Notes: generated by a model not told the origin, from the sequence alone. A DNA stretch of 64,000 nucleotides from Phoronis australis (GCA_002633005.1 NMRA01000233.1:558001-622000); one strand, 5' to 3'. Counted from the stretch's first letter, positions 13,103 through 26,689 are shown. Numbers and translations: made by a program.

Positions 13103-13607
13103 CTGAAATATTTAGGGATTGTGAAATTTAGTAATCTGTAAAAAGATTTGACTTCTGTTTAGGTAAGATGAAAGATAATTACCAACTCTGATACAATTTT
13201 TCACACAGACATTGAACAGTTACTAAAAGTTGAAGTTCATCACTGTTAAGCTGTCAATGTTGAATTGTTAACACTTTAAAGCATCACCAATCTCAACAGA
13301 TCTTGAATTGTTGCCAAATGAGCCAGAAACTCAAGTGACAGGCAATGCATGCATGTGCTATTTTAGGATTCACGATTTAAGGGTTGGCCAACCTCCAACA
13401 AAATGTTTTCTTGCATCACGGATAGTTTCAATGTTTTTGGTTTACAGAAATAAGGTCTTTAAATCCAGTGATATAGGTTGCCAGTGTTCGACATACGTGT
13501 GATATTTCAGTGCTCAAATATTTCATTTTGTAGACCTCCATAAGTCTAGTAGTAAAGAGACTGAACAAATGATGACATCTACAAATGACAATTTGAGAAA
13601 TACTTAC

Positions 13608-13684
13608 TAACTGACCCGGTATATCCCTTCTGGAGACATCAACTTGTACAATGTTTACATACTCTTCTCCAAGAGTCTGAAAAC
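13608..13684 (-). CDS. PEX10: PEX10, coding exon 3
   Basis: tttcag|GT...TTA|gtaagt; GFQTLGEEYVNIVQVD contains the conserved TLGEEY motif. Confidence 0.95.
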
Positions 13685-14930
13685 CTGAAATTTGCGAGGC
13701 ATAGATTTAAATGTGTTTGCCAAGCATTAAAATTTACATCACTCTTCATAGTTGTCTACAGGAGTAGATGAAATGTGACAGTGCATATAAATTCTGTGGC
13801 CTTTTGTGCCAAGTTAGATCAGGGTAGCATTCTGTGGACCAATTTTCTTGTGAGAAAAGCAAGGTGTTGTAAGACATCACAAATTCATGCGAAAATTAAG
13901 TGTTTTGCGGGTATGCTTGGAAGCGTACTCCAGCCTATCCTAGGAAAATGGTGACCACTGAAGTGATTGGTTGGCAAGGTTAAAACAAATGTGACCCGAT
14001 TCATAAATTATGAGATAGAATTGATTGTGTAGGAATTACAACACATGTGCCAGGTATCTGCGGAATGCAGCATTGCTGAGGCCACAAAACCATGTTCATT
14101 ACTACATTGGGCTACAAAACCACGTTCATTACACTAATCACTTGATGACTTGTCACAATCTTCCATCGCTGAGCTTTTCACATCGTGTTCATTATTAACA
14201 TCAAACCTCTGTTAAACCCGACTGAACAAGAGCAGACAGCGAACTCTTCCCAAGAATTCAACAATATTCTGGCCTGGCAAAAATTGGTATATATTAGAAG
14301 CAAATACCACTTTTAAGTAGACATTAGGCAAAAAAGTATGATTGGCCCTGGTCTGTACTCTATTCATTTTGAGACCTGTGCTCATCAATTAAAAGATAAA
14401 AATGCCCGCCAAGGTGTCGTGTTTCTGTTTGGAAAGCTGCACAAAGGCAAGCATGGCTTAAAACACCAAGGAATTAATAAACAAAATCTTGTATAGCCTC
14501 GTCTCGGGTGGATTTTGTTTTTTGGAAAAGTGAGCTACTAAAAAACCACCCAACATTTTGTATGTTTTCATTAACAATTTTTCATAACAATCCAATCTTC
14601 TTGAAACTTTTTACACAACTTGGACAAGTTATTAAATTTTCACTGCTTTTTCATAAAAGATAAGCAGCACCTAATACATGCTTTATCATAAAATTTTATT
14701 AGTTATACTATACCTAAGCCTACCAGAAAACTTGTGAACATTCACACTGAAAAAAGTCAATCTAAGCTATTTTTGCAAAATGGAGGAGATTTTATGGCAC
14801 TTTGATAAAAAATCAGATTGCTGTGATTTCATATCTTACTGACCAAGGCTTTTGGTAAAATCGATAGAAAAGCCAAACCATATACAATCCTCTGCAGAAT
14901 GTGCTGCAGCACTGAAGGCAATTGACATAC

Positions 14931-15011
14931 CTGACACAGTAGTTAACAAGAAGTATCCAAGGTCTGCCAAGAAGTCAAGATCATGCCGCCATTTGATCCA
15001 AATGCCAGGAC
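14931..15011 (-). CDS. PEX10: PEX10, coding exon 2
   Basis: tttcag|GT CCT...TCA G|gtatgt; GPGIWIKWRHDLDFLADLGYFLLTTVS. Confidence 0.92.
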
Positions 15012-16724
15012 CTGAAAAATAAAAAAGCATGTTACTGACTTTCAACAAACCCTCAGTCGTAATTGTTCTAATCTTCCTATGTCCAGTTGATAAGAATGTG
15101 GAGCCAGTGTTCTGACTCATGCTCTCCCATTATGTTGATAAATGCCTACCAATGGCACATATCCTAGTCAGCAACAGTTTTACTAAGAATGCTTCTTTAT
15201 GGTTGAAGTTGCCATACACACTTATCGCAGCGCTTGGACTTTCAAGACCAGTTTGTTTGCGGATAAAGGAACAGAGAAGTTTGTCCATGGTAACTGCTGA
15301 CTGTTTGCGACAACCTTCTTTCCCGACCATTTTAGGCATTGATGATCCTTAGTTGATATGTCCCAACCTCTTGTGTAACCTGCCTGGGCAACACAAGGGG
15401 GCGCCCTGACTCCAGTACACCACCACTTATCACACTGATCATAATACACCCAAAGAATGCAACAAAATTTGAATGAGGGAACAGGTCAAGTAAATTTCAA
15501 ATTTCTTGTGAGCTTTCAGAGCCAATACTTGGGTAGTGATGGTCAGTTCACAAAAGCAGTTTACCTCCAGCTATTCATGACTCACGGCATGATAGGGGGA
15601 GCCAGTGGTTTTGCTTTGTCCCACTGATAGAACTACACTATTAGTATATAAAGCAACTATGAACAATGTTCTGCAGTCAAAAACAACTTTCTTCACCTAC
15701 AGGCATGTTTGTTCTTTCAAAGCAATGGCATCATGTTTTTATCCAGTGTTTGAATTAAAATTGCTGACAATAAAAACTCAGGGCACGAGGTTTAATCTTC
15801 AAAATCGAAATCAAACTCAAAATTAAGCTTTCTTTTTTATCACCCTGCTTCAATACTAACTCAAGATAACTGTCTATTATTCTGTGCTCAGTTTACGCAA
15901 GTGAGTTTTTAGTCAAAGTTAACACTTGATGACTTCTCAATTTAACCCAAAAGCTCGAGTAAAAACTCATTATTTTGAGTAAAAACTTAAAATTTTGAGT
16001 GTGGCCTCAAACTTATAGATTTAATTATGGGTCATCAAGTACAAACTAGGGTTAACGAGTCACGCAGATAAACTACACCATACTCGAGCACAGAATAAGA
16101 CATTTATCTCGAGTAGAACTTTGAGTCCAAATTTGAGTCCAAAAATTAGACTCCGGATGCTGAAATTCCCCTGACAGCTTTGCACATTCAGTACCAGAAA
16201 TTTACCACCCATGATAAGCAACACTACTGAACTGATAATAACCTGCAGTTCTGAAGACAAGAATCATTTTTAACCTGAGCAAAGAACAAGACGAGACCGA
16301 CTTCGTAACCGTAAGAGGCTTAAGTAAAAAGTTCGATTTTAACAGGTTTCAACTATGGATGGCAGTGGTATCTAACTGCAGGCTACTTTAGATACCAATA
16401 GTCCATTCTTAACCCTTTCAGTGCTCTTTAGTCCACCATCTGGACTCACAGGCCAATTATCTTCAACTACTCATAGACTTACTAAAATCATTCATCAAGC
16501 AGAGATGCATCTATTTATTTTAAAACATTAAATAGTCAGTGTTTCATATTGCCGTGAAGCCATAGCTAACGTGGTAGTTACTCTGGTTCATACAGCACGA
16601 CCAATTCCATCAGAGTCCCTGATAAACAGACCTCTTGACGACATCAGGAATTGTACCAATTTACTGACTAAGTACGAGGTTTTGTGAAATAGGCCAAGAT
16701 TCTAATGCACATGTGTTATCTTAC

Positions 16725-16836
16725 CAAACAAACTTTGAACACAATCTGCAACATGTCTCCTTAAATAAGACAAGTAATAATGATCTTTTTGACTTGAACG
16801 GATAATTTCCGGTGTGCCAGCATCGGTGAACTTCAT
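16725..16836 (-). CDS. PEX10: PEX10, coding exon 1
   Basis: ATG AAG TTC ACC...TTT G|gtaaga; MKFTDAGTPEIIRSSQKDHYY (Pex10 EIIRxxQKD motif). The seven exons join to 879 nt (292 aa + stop). Confidence 0.93.
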
Positions 16837-18165
16837 GGTCTTTCAATAACGTCGAGAATCTCAAAAGGCATCCTGTAAAGGTGAATTAAGATTCATTCGG
16901 CAACATGATTTAATTGCAAATTAGTGAATCATTCGTAAAGAAGCTTCTATTGTAGTTATAGTCAACACAGACATTTTGTAAAGTGGGTCAACATTAAAGG
17001 TGCCTTAAAGGCGACAGTGGCAATTTTATAAAATCAGCGCAGCGTTCAAACAAGCCTAAAGCCTTAATGGTCGCTGTCAAATGCTTTGTTAGCAGAGCTA
17101 TATCCCACTAGATAAATGGCATTTTAAGTGTACTTGCATGGTAAAAGCATCACCCTTGANNNNNNNNNNNNNNNNNNNNNNNNNNNNNNNNNNNNNNNNN
17201 NNNNNNNNNNNNNNNNNNNNNNNNNNNNNNNNNNNNNNNNNNNNNNNNNNNNNNNNNNNNNNNNNNNNNNNNNNNNNNNNNNNNNNNNNNNNNNNNNNNT
17301 GGGCCGATTTGAAAAATTCAAAGTTGTATTCGTATTTGTTTTCGCTCCTCTTTTCAAATATTACAGTAAAAACTACGTAAAATTCTCTCCATAAAAAGTA
17401 CAGTTGTTAGGCTAGACTGTAATCAGCTGATCACATCCGCATGAGCGAAGTCAATTATCCTCGCTCGTGACTCGATGAATAGAGCAGCTTGGCGGCATCC
17501 CTTTGAGCATGAGCCGAGCGCGTCTCAGCCAAGGTGGATAAATACGGTCTAGTTCAATTTTCCATACCCCGCCGTTTACCTTAAACACCGGGGTTAGAAC
17601 CAATTTTATTTAGTGGGAATGTTCATAGCATGAAAATCTCGTATCATTCATGGTCGTCTCGGGTGGAGTTTGTTTTTTTGGAAAAGTGAGCTACTAAAAA
17701 ACCACCCAGCTTAGTTGATTTTCAAAAAAATCCTTCATCCAACTTATTCAACATTTTGTATGCTTTCATTAACAATATTTCATAACAATCCAATCTTCTT
17801 GAAACTTTTTACACCAACTTTAAGACAAGTTATTACACTTGCACTGCTTTTTCATAAAAGATAAGCAGCACCTAATACATGCTTTATCATAAAATTTTAT
17901 TAGTTATACTATACCTAAGCCTACCAGAGAACTTGTGAATATTCACAACAGTGTTAGATGACTTTAATTTGAAAAATGAAAAAAGGTCATTCTAGGCTAT
18001 TTTGCAAAATGGAGGAGATTTTATGGCACTTCGATAAAAAAACAGATTGCTGTGATTTCATATCTTACTGACCAAGGCTCTCGGTAAAATCGACAGAAAA
18101 GCCAAACCATATACAAAAACAATCCTCTGCAGAATGTGTTGCAGCGCTGAAGGCAATTGACATAC

Positions 18166-18246
18166 CTGACACAGTAGTTAACAAGAAGTATCCAAGGTCT
18201 GCCAAGAAGTCAAGATCATGCCGCCATTTGATCCAAATGCCAGGAC
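18166..18246 (-). CDS. PEX10: Second copy of PEX10 coding exon 2 (likely alternate haplotype)
   Basis: Same 81-nt exon with intact splice sites as 14931-15011. Confidence 0.55.
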
Positions 18247-19933
18247 CTGAAAAGTAGAAAAGCACTTTACTGACCGTCAACAAACTCTCAGTCGTAATTG
18301 TTCTCTTCTTCCTATGTCCAATTGATAAGAATGCGGAGCCAGTGTTCTGACTCATGTTCTCCCATTATGTTGAGAAGCGCCTATCAATGGCACATATCCT
18401 ATTCAGCAACAGTTTTACTAAGAATGCTTCTTTATGGTTGGATTTGCCATACACACTTATCGCAGCGCTTGGACTTTCACGATCAGTTTGTTTGCGGATA
18501 AAGGAACAGAGAAGTTTGTCCATGATAATCGCTGACTGTTTGCGACAACCTTCTTTCCCGACCATTTTAGGCACTGATGTTCTTTTGTTGATACGCCCCA
18601 ACCTCTTGTGTAACCTTCCTGGGCAACACAAGGGGGCGCCCTGACTCCAGTACACCACCACTTATCACACTGATCATAATACACCCAAAGAATGCAACAA
18701 AATTTGAATGAGAGAACAGGTCAACCATATTTCAAATTTCTTGTGAGCTTTCAGAGCCAATACTTGGGTAGTGATGGTCAGTTTAAAAAAGCAGTTTACC
18801 TCCAGCTATTCATGACTCACGGCATGATAGGGGGAGCCAGTGGTTTTGCTTTGTCCCTCTGATACTACACTATTAGTATATAAAGCAACTATGAACAATG
18901 TTCTGCAGTCAAAAACAACAACTTTCTTCACCTATAGGCATGTTTGTTCTTTCAAAGCAATTGCGGCATGTTTTCATCCAGTGTTTGAATTAAAATTGCT
19001 GACAAGAAAAACTCCAGGGTACGACGTTTAATCTTCAAAATCAAAATCGAACTCAAAATTACGCTTTCCCTTTTTATCACCCTGCTTGAATACTAACTCA
19101 AGATAACTGTGTATTATTCTGTGCTAAGTTTATGCAAGTGAGATTTTAGTCAAAGTTAACACTTGATGACTACTAAATTAAACCCAAAAGCTCAAGTAAA
19201 AACTCATTATTTTGAGTAAAAACTCAAAATTTTGAGTGTGGGTCATCAAGTGCAAACTAGGGTTAACGAGTCACCCAGATAAACTATACCATACTCGAGC
19301 ACAGAATAAGACATTTATCTCGAGTAGAACTTTGAGTCCAAATTTGAGTACAAAGATTAAACTCCGGGTGCTGGAATTCCCCTGACAGCTTTGCACTTTT
19401 AGTACCGGTAATTTACCAGCCATGATAAGCAACTGAACTGATAATAACCTGTCAGTTCTGAAGACAAGAATCATTTTTAACCTGAGCAAAGAACAAGATG
19501 AGACCGACTTTGTAACCATAAGAGGCCTAAGTAAAAAGTTTGGTTTTAACAGGTTTCAACTCTAGATGGCAGTGGTGTCTAACTTCAGGCTACTTTAGAT
19601 ACCAATACAGTCCATTCTTAACAATTCCAGTGCTCTTTTGTCCACCATCGTGACTCACAGGCCAATTATCTTCCACTGCTCAAAGACTTTCTAAAACCAT
19701 TCATCAACCAGAGATGTATCAATTTATTTTAAAACATTAAATAGTCAGTGTTTCATATTGCCATGAAGCCATAGCTAACGTGGTAGTTACTCTGGTTCAT
19801 ACAGCACGACCAATTCCATCAGAGTCCCTGATAAACAGACCTCTTGACGACATCAGGAATTGTACCAATTTACTGATTAAGTACCAGGTTTTGTGAAATA
19901 GGCCAAGATTCTAATGCACATGTGTTATCTTAC

Positions 19934-20045
19934 CAAACAAACTTTGAACACAATCTGCAACATGTCTCCTTAAATGAGACAAGTAATAATGATCTTTTTG
20001 ACTTGAACGAATAATTTCCGGTGTGCCAGCATCGGCGAACTTCAT
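19934..20045 (-). CDS. PEX10: Second copy of PEX10 coding exon 1 (likely alternate haplotype)
   Basis: Intact ATG and donor; MKFADAG...YLSHLR versus MKFTDAG...YLSYLR in the first copy. Confidence 0.55.
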
Positions 20046-21802
20046 GGTCTTTCAATAACGTCGAGAATCTCAAAAGGCATCCTGTAAATGTGAATTAAGA
20101 TTCATTCGGCAACATGATTTAATTGCAAATTAGTGAATCATTCGTAAAGAAGCTTCTATTGTAGTTATAGTCAACACAGACATTTTGTAAAGTGGGTCAA
20201 CATCAAAGGTGCCTTAAAGGCGACAGTGGCGATTTTGTAAAATCAGCGTCAGCGTTCAAACAAGCCTAAAGCCTTAATGGTCGCTGTCAAATGCTTTAGC
20301 AGAGCTATATCCCACTTGATAAATGGCATTTTAAGTGTACTTGCATGGTAAAAGCATCACCCTTGACTTCAGCAAACGGTCTTGACTTCAACAAACGTAT
20401 GGTAGACATGTACAGCAATTGATGTAAATAAAATCACAAAAGCCCAACAAACTTTGTTGATTCATAGCTTTGGCCAAAGCTAATAACTTTAAGAAGATTT
20501 TATCTCTTCCATCGATAATCCCAAAAATGCAATTTTCGACCGTGAAACCGACTATGTTACAATCAACTATAGTGAATTAATTACAACATGAAATCACCTA
20601 TTAAGTCTTAGTTTTCAAAGTGGCTCACAAAATGAGTTTGTGCTTCGTACTTCATACAGTCACCATAGCTAATACGCGAAGATGATGAATACACAACAGC
20701 ATGGTAACTAACACAAAATGGTCGTGAAGCAATCGCACGGACATGAGGGACTATAGGGCTGATACACCATCATCACCAATTAGAATAGGCTGGACCATCA
20801 AAGGAGCAAAAATGTAATTTAACAAATGCCATCTTGGTTGTTTGGAAAATATTACACCATCAGGTTATTGTGTATGGGCGTCAACACATGTCATCCGCTG
20901 GACACAGATTTACAGTTTGCTCCTGAATTGACCATCCCGAGTCCTTGTAGGCGAGTTGGCTTCTTGAGACAAAATTGCATTATGGGAATACGGCGGATCA
21001 TTATACTTGGAAACACAAAGCTCTAATACTGAGAACTCAGTCTAGGTAATACGACGGACCCTCAAGGACATCATGGCAAGTTTTGCTCAAGTTTTGTGAT
21101 CACAAAAAATGTAGTCCTAAAAAAAGAATTCTTGTGGTCAAATTTGTGATTTTTGGCTTAATAAATTCTTGCATTCTTACTTTGCTACACTTTGATGTAC
21201 GCCATTTGTACCTGATGCAGCAGCAACAAAATTAATGTAACTTTGCCTGGTACTACAGGCGTTAGTCAGTGGGAGTAATTGGTTCTCAAATTACTTAATG
21301 GCAGGTAACCACATAGCCAACCATTAACAATTTGCTCTACTTCTCATATAATGTTGTAGAATGATGTGCTATTGTATTTTAGCATTTAGTTATTGTGTTA
21401 CATAGCTTTCGCTTGTTGTCTACTGCCAATTTCTGAGAGAAGGGGATTGGAATTACTTCCTATTAATAGAACTGCTTGTGAAAATGGTATGTCCCTTAGT
21501 TATATATGTAATCATAGACTATAGTCTAGATATTTGATGGTTTGACTGTAGTAGCTTTCGTGTGCCTTGCTCAGTTGAGCCTCAGTTCTTTTCAACGCAG
21601 TCTGTTTCACGGTCAGCAGTTTATTAACAAGTTAGATTCAATCTCGTTGCTTCTGTCTGTTTCAACAAACCACCTAATCTATGCCTAAACGAACACAGAT
21701 GAACAATATTTTTCATTACGTCACATCACAGAATTCTAGCTTCACTTCTATGGTAGTAGGCCTTGCCACATGTATGTAGACCACAACTGAACTGGTACAA
21801 GG

Positions 21803-22000
21803 GGTAATAGTCGGATAAGTTGGTCCCATTTCAAATTCTGTCAGGAATACTTAAAAAATAAAATGATTTCACGAAAAAGTGTGAGTAGAGTGGCGCGCGT
21901 GATCCATAAGAGTGGGTAATTGTATATTGCGACACTTCATTTTATTTTTTAAGTATTCCTGACAGAATTTGAAATGGGACCAACTTATCCGACTATTACC
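21803..22000. mobile_element. 198-bp MITE, Mutator/MULE-like
   Basis: Perfect 64-bp TIRs (21803-21866 / 21937-22000, GGTAATAGTCGGATAAG...) and exact 9-bp TSD GGTACAAGG (21794-21802 / 22001-22009). Confidence 0.9.
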
Positions 22001-24542
22001 GGTACAAGGTACTGTTGTGGTACCACAAGGTACAAGCCGACAAGGCTGTTTTGCCAGAGCAAGTCTGCTGTCGCAGACGTTAATAGAGTAACCGAGACAG
22101 TGAGAAGACTCTGGTGGGACAATGTACCTGCATGGATAATGACAACTGCAACGCACAGCGGCTAAATTAAAGATTCACGGCAAAATCGTCTACTAGTAGT
22201 CAAAGTTACCCCAGCCACCAAGACTGAATCGGAAGTCACCTGGTGAAGTGCAGACAGGTCCCCCGTCAGTGCTGCCGCCTCTCGGCGTGGCTGGCAAATC
22301 TCGTGAGTACAAATCAGGTTGGTCGCCACCGACCAGGCATTCCGGTAATTTGTATTTAGTTTTCATCATTTTTATTTAACTTTTGTTTGTTGTTGCGTTT
22401 GGTCATTAACGATCACTGATAGTGGATTCAATGTGTATCCGGGAATGTGCGTCTCTCACCGAGTAGGCCTATGTTGTTTTCTTCTGGCGACCGCGGGGAG
22501 GCGACCCTCCGTCTTGGTTCGGCGGCTATGGACTCAGAGAACGACGCCGACTCAAGAGTCAAGGAACGGTAGCATAAACCTAGGAACCAACATTGGTTCC
22601 TAATAAAAACACAAGGTCACGTACGACTTCGTGAGGTATCGCCATGCGTTACACATTAAACAAATCACGTAATCGCGTCTAAGTAACGAAACCCTTTTAC
22701 AGGCTCCGCGGGTGATTTGTTACCATATTGACAAATGTCTTGTCGATGCCAGTTTTTGAGTTCCCAACGCGGGCGGATCTACGATTTACGCTCTCTCTGT
22801 CCATGTTAATTGTTGTTCTGGCTGGGTGTATTCATGCTTTTATTACTAGTGCCCCCCAACTTGTACTGAGAACTTTTTGATCGTGCGCAGCATGCACCTG
22901 AGTCTGCTTCCTGGCTGGCGAAATCGCCGGGGTGTTCATGGTGGGCTATAATCATTGACTCGATGATTGAAGGTTACAACATCTGACTGAGTAGTCTCAA
23001 GAGGTCAGTCAAGCCGCATGGTGTTGACTTGTTATCCGTGAGAAATGCTACGGGGCAATTAACGGTCAAAGTGATCAAAGTCGAGCCGACTGAAGCGCGG
23101 CACCGCCATGATTAGCTGGGAGTTGAATCAAGGACTACACTCCTTGGTTCGCCTTGGACGGCTGAAACTGGCGTCAAGTGTTGTGTAAAATGGTTCCACC
23201 GGAGAAACGCGATCGACTCAACCATTAGAGAATACAAAGTCGAGCCATACCGCGTCCGACCGGTGGCCGTCCAGACCAATAACTTCCACTACATAGCACT
23301 GTAAAGTGATCGCGTAGTCGCTTTGGAAGTCATGGCCCTTCAAGCCAAAATGAAGGTCAAAAAAGGGTTTTGGAGCTGCTTAAAAGCAACTCCAAGACGA
23401 AGTAAGCGTTATTTCAAGAATCCAGTCTGCATGTGAATTCCGAAGTAAGCGTGAGCAACACCCCAAAAATGACACACGGGCGCCTGAGTTCACCTGTGTT
23501 CGTTCTCAGTTATGGCGAATACTGATTCGTCGATGTTAGTCGATTGGATTTTATAGGACGATAAGTGCTGACAGTGCACATGCTAATTTTAGAAACGCTT
23601 TGTCTGCAATATTCAGTTGCGCTATCTATCGGTTTGATTTGTGGTCTCACTGCGTCAGTGACACATCATGATCAAGATTATGGTGATAGAGTAATTCAAA
23701 CGTGTGAGTTCTACTATGTTGTTATCCGATAAGTACAAAAACAATGGCTATGGTTATTCATTGGCAAGCTTAGGGTTGCGTAATTGTTTAATCTGTGATA
23801 AATGTGTTTTGTTTAAGACATTTTAAAAATGCGAGAACGATTCAAACTCGGGTCGTCGAAACTTCGTGCAAAAGAGTTAAGTCTCACTTAGGCAAAAATG
23901 GAAAGTCTCTGAGAATATACACGTAGCCTAACTGGTAGTTACTGAGACAAAATCCATAACTTATTTCTAGACTGTGATGCGCTCTCTGGTTTTCGCTAAA
24001 CCTTTAGTTACCAATTGTGAAATGAGAGCACCAAGACCAAATTTCTGTCTTAAATCTTTTAGTCACATGAAGCGGACTCCTGGACTGCTGCGAGCGTCAT
24101 CTGTAAGCCTATATGTTTTACTTTTTAATTCGGTTAGTTGACGCATCTATCCAGCTGTGTGAGGTCTGTGACTGATGATGCAATCTACACGACGAGGAAA
24201 GCTTGACTTGCTTACTTTTTTGTCATCTTTGTTTTGCCAGGTTCTCACTGGGGGGACTGTCTACGTTCGACCTCGTGGCAACAAAACATGCCGCTCAGAT
24301 ACTTTTTCACGGCCAAATTCCCTAGGAAAGAGTGCCTTTTCCGATTAATTTGGAAATGGTCCACTTTATAGTTTAAGTCAGCAAAAGGACCCATTTTGTT
24401 ATAAAACTACAAAAGAGTTTATGTGCTAAGGTTTGTTTATTGAAAGCAGTGCATTTCGATATGTTGTTTATTTGGTTTTAACTTAGTAAGTATGATTTTG
24501 CACGGTTCAAAACTCTTGCAAAAGTATTAAATGGGTTATAAC

Positions 24543-24809
24543 CAGTGGCTGATTTAGAGGCGAGCCAAGGGGACTTGCCCCCCTAAAATTCTCCTAAATT
24601 CCATTTGACACTAGCATATGCGGGGCTCAGGGGTGAATGCACAATGCATAGGCCTTGAATAAACCTTTTTAGTAATAAGGTCCACAAACCAAAAAATGCG
24701 AGACCCCCTACATCCCCACATTTTAAGCTGGGCGCGCGCTTAGGCGAAATTCTGCTTATTCCTGTGCCCTGCCCCCTCCCCCCAACTCAAAAAACTGGAT
24801 CTGCACCTG
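24543..24809. mobile_element. Degenerate non-autonomous DNA transposon (CAGTGGC...-type ends)
   Basis: Imperfect TIRs CAGTGGCTGATTTAG / CTGGATCTGCACCTG with G/C-run subterminal boxes; no clean TSD. Confidence 0.4.
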
Positions 24810-25399
24810 ATAACGGAAGAGACGTGCTTCATAAAAGCTCCCAACAGGCGAGTATCCCTAAAGCGGAGAGTTACTCAACCATGCTACAGCATTGTTTCCA
24901 TGCGTGATGTATGTCAATGTGTTTCGTGTTTCTAGGTATCCGTGTAAAACGGTGGTTTACGAACCTATCAAGTAATTTGATGCGCTTTTTGACATACAGA
25001 AAAATTTAAGGGTCCACAACCAAACCTTACCGTGAATCCAATAAACCAGAGCATCGTTACATTCAAAAAATTCTTTGGGCAAGCAGCACTTGTTAAACGT
25101 AGATGGCGCTGTAGGAACTGAAGTTACTGCGTGTAGTTGACGTCTTCTTTTTTGATAAAGCACAAGCTTGTTCCCTACGAAATGCGGAGGGTAGAAATTT
25201 CTATTTTGACACCCAACTCGTTAAATTGCACTGTACACGGCATTTTTATCGCGGATTTCATGAAAACAGCCCCTCCTCACAGACTTTTCCTTTACGGATG
25301 ACGCTGGAAATATCTGTTTTATTTTATTAGGCGATTTAAACGCATTGTGCATCACGCATTATGCGCCAGGTACTGATGGAAACATGCATCGACTCTAAA

Positions 25400-25538
25400 A
25401 CATGGGCGGCGCAGCACTGAAAAAAGTGGGGGCTATAGCCCCCTAGCCCTCCTGTGGTGCACCGCACATAGCCCATGGGCGGCGCAGCACTGAAAAAGTA
25501 GGGACTATTGCCCAGCCCCCTATGGTGCGCCGCCGATG
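25400..25538. repeat. Two tandem ~70-bp GC-rich mini-MITE-like units
   Basis: CATGGGCGGCGCAGCACTGAAAAA occurs twice; each unit ends in the reverse-complement-like TGGTGC(A/G)CCGC. Confidence 0.6.
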
Positions 25539-25729
25539 TAAAGGGATGTGGCTTTACGAAATTGTAGGTGTCCTCATAGGCCACCGTCACACAGCCACGG
25601 AATTACAGGTGTGAGAACAGTGAAGGAAATCGTGTGCGCATCACCATTAGTATAATACACCGTTCGTGTGTGGATTTTTTCTCGTAACATAACTCGATAC
25701 GTCCAAATGTCTGAAACGTAAACGGTCAG

Positions 25730-26030
25730 TGTTGTGTTTCTGTTTACAAAAACACCTCTCCACAACAATGTTGACCTTGTGCACGCGCAGCATCGCGTGA
25801 ACTAGCGGCACTCCGGGCCAGAGGGTCTTGTGGTTAAAAACAAACACGTCAAAACTTCAATTGCTGTTCATCATGCAACATTTTGTGACTGGGAGCTTGT
25901 TCAGGAATCTTAAAGGGGTAACGTATAAGTGGTTTTGGGAATGAACGAAGCAAAATTAGCAACAGCCACAGAAAATGCTTATTGTTCATTACAAAGAATG
26001 GAACGCATTGATGGCCTTTGATGTGCAAAA
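25730..26030. repeat. Interspersed repeat, second copy at about 32055-32345
   Basis: Shared blocks such as TTGTGCACGCGCAGCATC and AAAAACAAACAC..CAAAAC.TCAAT.GCTGTTCAT. Confidence 0.65.
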
Positions 26031-26333
26031 GTATGGTATTGTGGCAAAACATGACGGTCACCATGGGCGGGCAAAGCCTTGCACGTCATTGACATGCTCA
26101 CTGACGAGCATTCGTGTGTGTGCTTTTTCAGACAAAGGTTCATGCCTCCAATCTGTGAACGCTGTATCACGAACGCGTTGATTGCATTCAGTAGGCCATC
26201 TTGAGAGTTTTGCTTCCGAACATTGCTTACATGTTAGTCCTGCCTTTTTATTGTAAACAAAAAAATAACTTAAAGTGTGCAAAAAGTAGGTACAGGTTTT
26301 ATCGCTGTAGGACACTGAGTTGCCGCGGTAAAA

Positions 26334-26447
26334 ATGACCAGTTTGCTGTTCACCGGATCAAAACACGCCAGTCTGTACAGTAAATACCGTCCGAGTTATC
26401 CAAAGAAGTTAGTCGAAGTCCTCGTGCAGTTTTTGGACAAGGACAAG
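26334..26447 (+). CDS. Class I SAM-dependent methyltransferase (Methyltransf_11/25, DDB_G0268948-like), coding exon 1
   Basis: MTSLLFTGSKHASLYSKYRPSYPKKLV...; donor AAG|gtgagt; the F...HA..Y.KYRP.YP start is typical of this family. Confidence 0.9.
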
Positions 26448-26689
26448 GTGAGTCTCGTTTCCGTTCTTTTAAGGCGAACTTCGCCTTTGTAATGGATAGG
26501 ACGACCGCTTTTTGTTCTCGTTTCTTTTTATTCACACGAGTGTCGTTGCTATGTTCGGCATATGTCCCGTGGTAAGGTGTGAGTGCGTCCGCAAAACCTC
26601 GTTTCGTGAAATAAAATGGAGAGCATAGGGCTTCGAAATGATCTACTACAGCCACTTTCAACACTTTCGTTAGTATCATAAAGAAGTAT

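Larger units (their letters stand above)
14499..20366. repeat. ~2.7-kb direct duplication (about 14499-17159 and 17653-20366) around an N-gap; probable haplotype duplication
   Basis: Colinear, highly similar copies differing by scattered SNPs and small indels; copy A ends exactly at the gap 17160-17299. Confidence 0.85.

Noticed and set aside
17124-17394. ORFs across the gap 17160-17299 (likewise 49508-50029)
   Set aside because: They are open only because of N runs.
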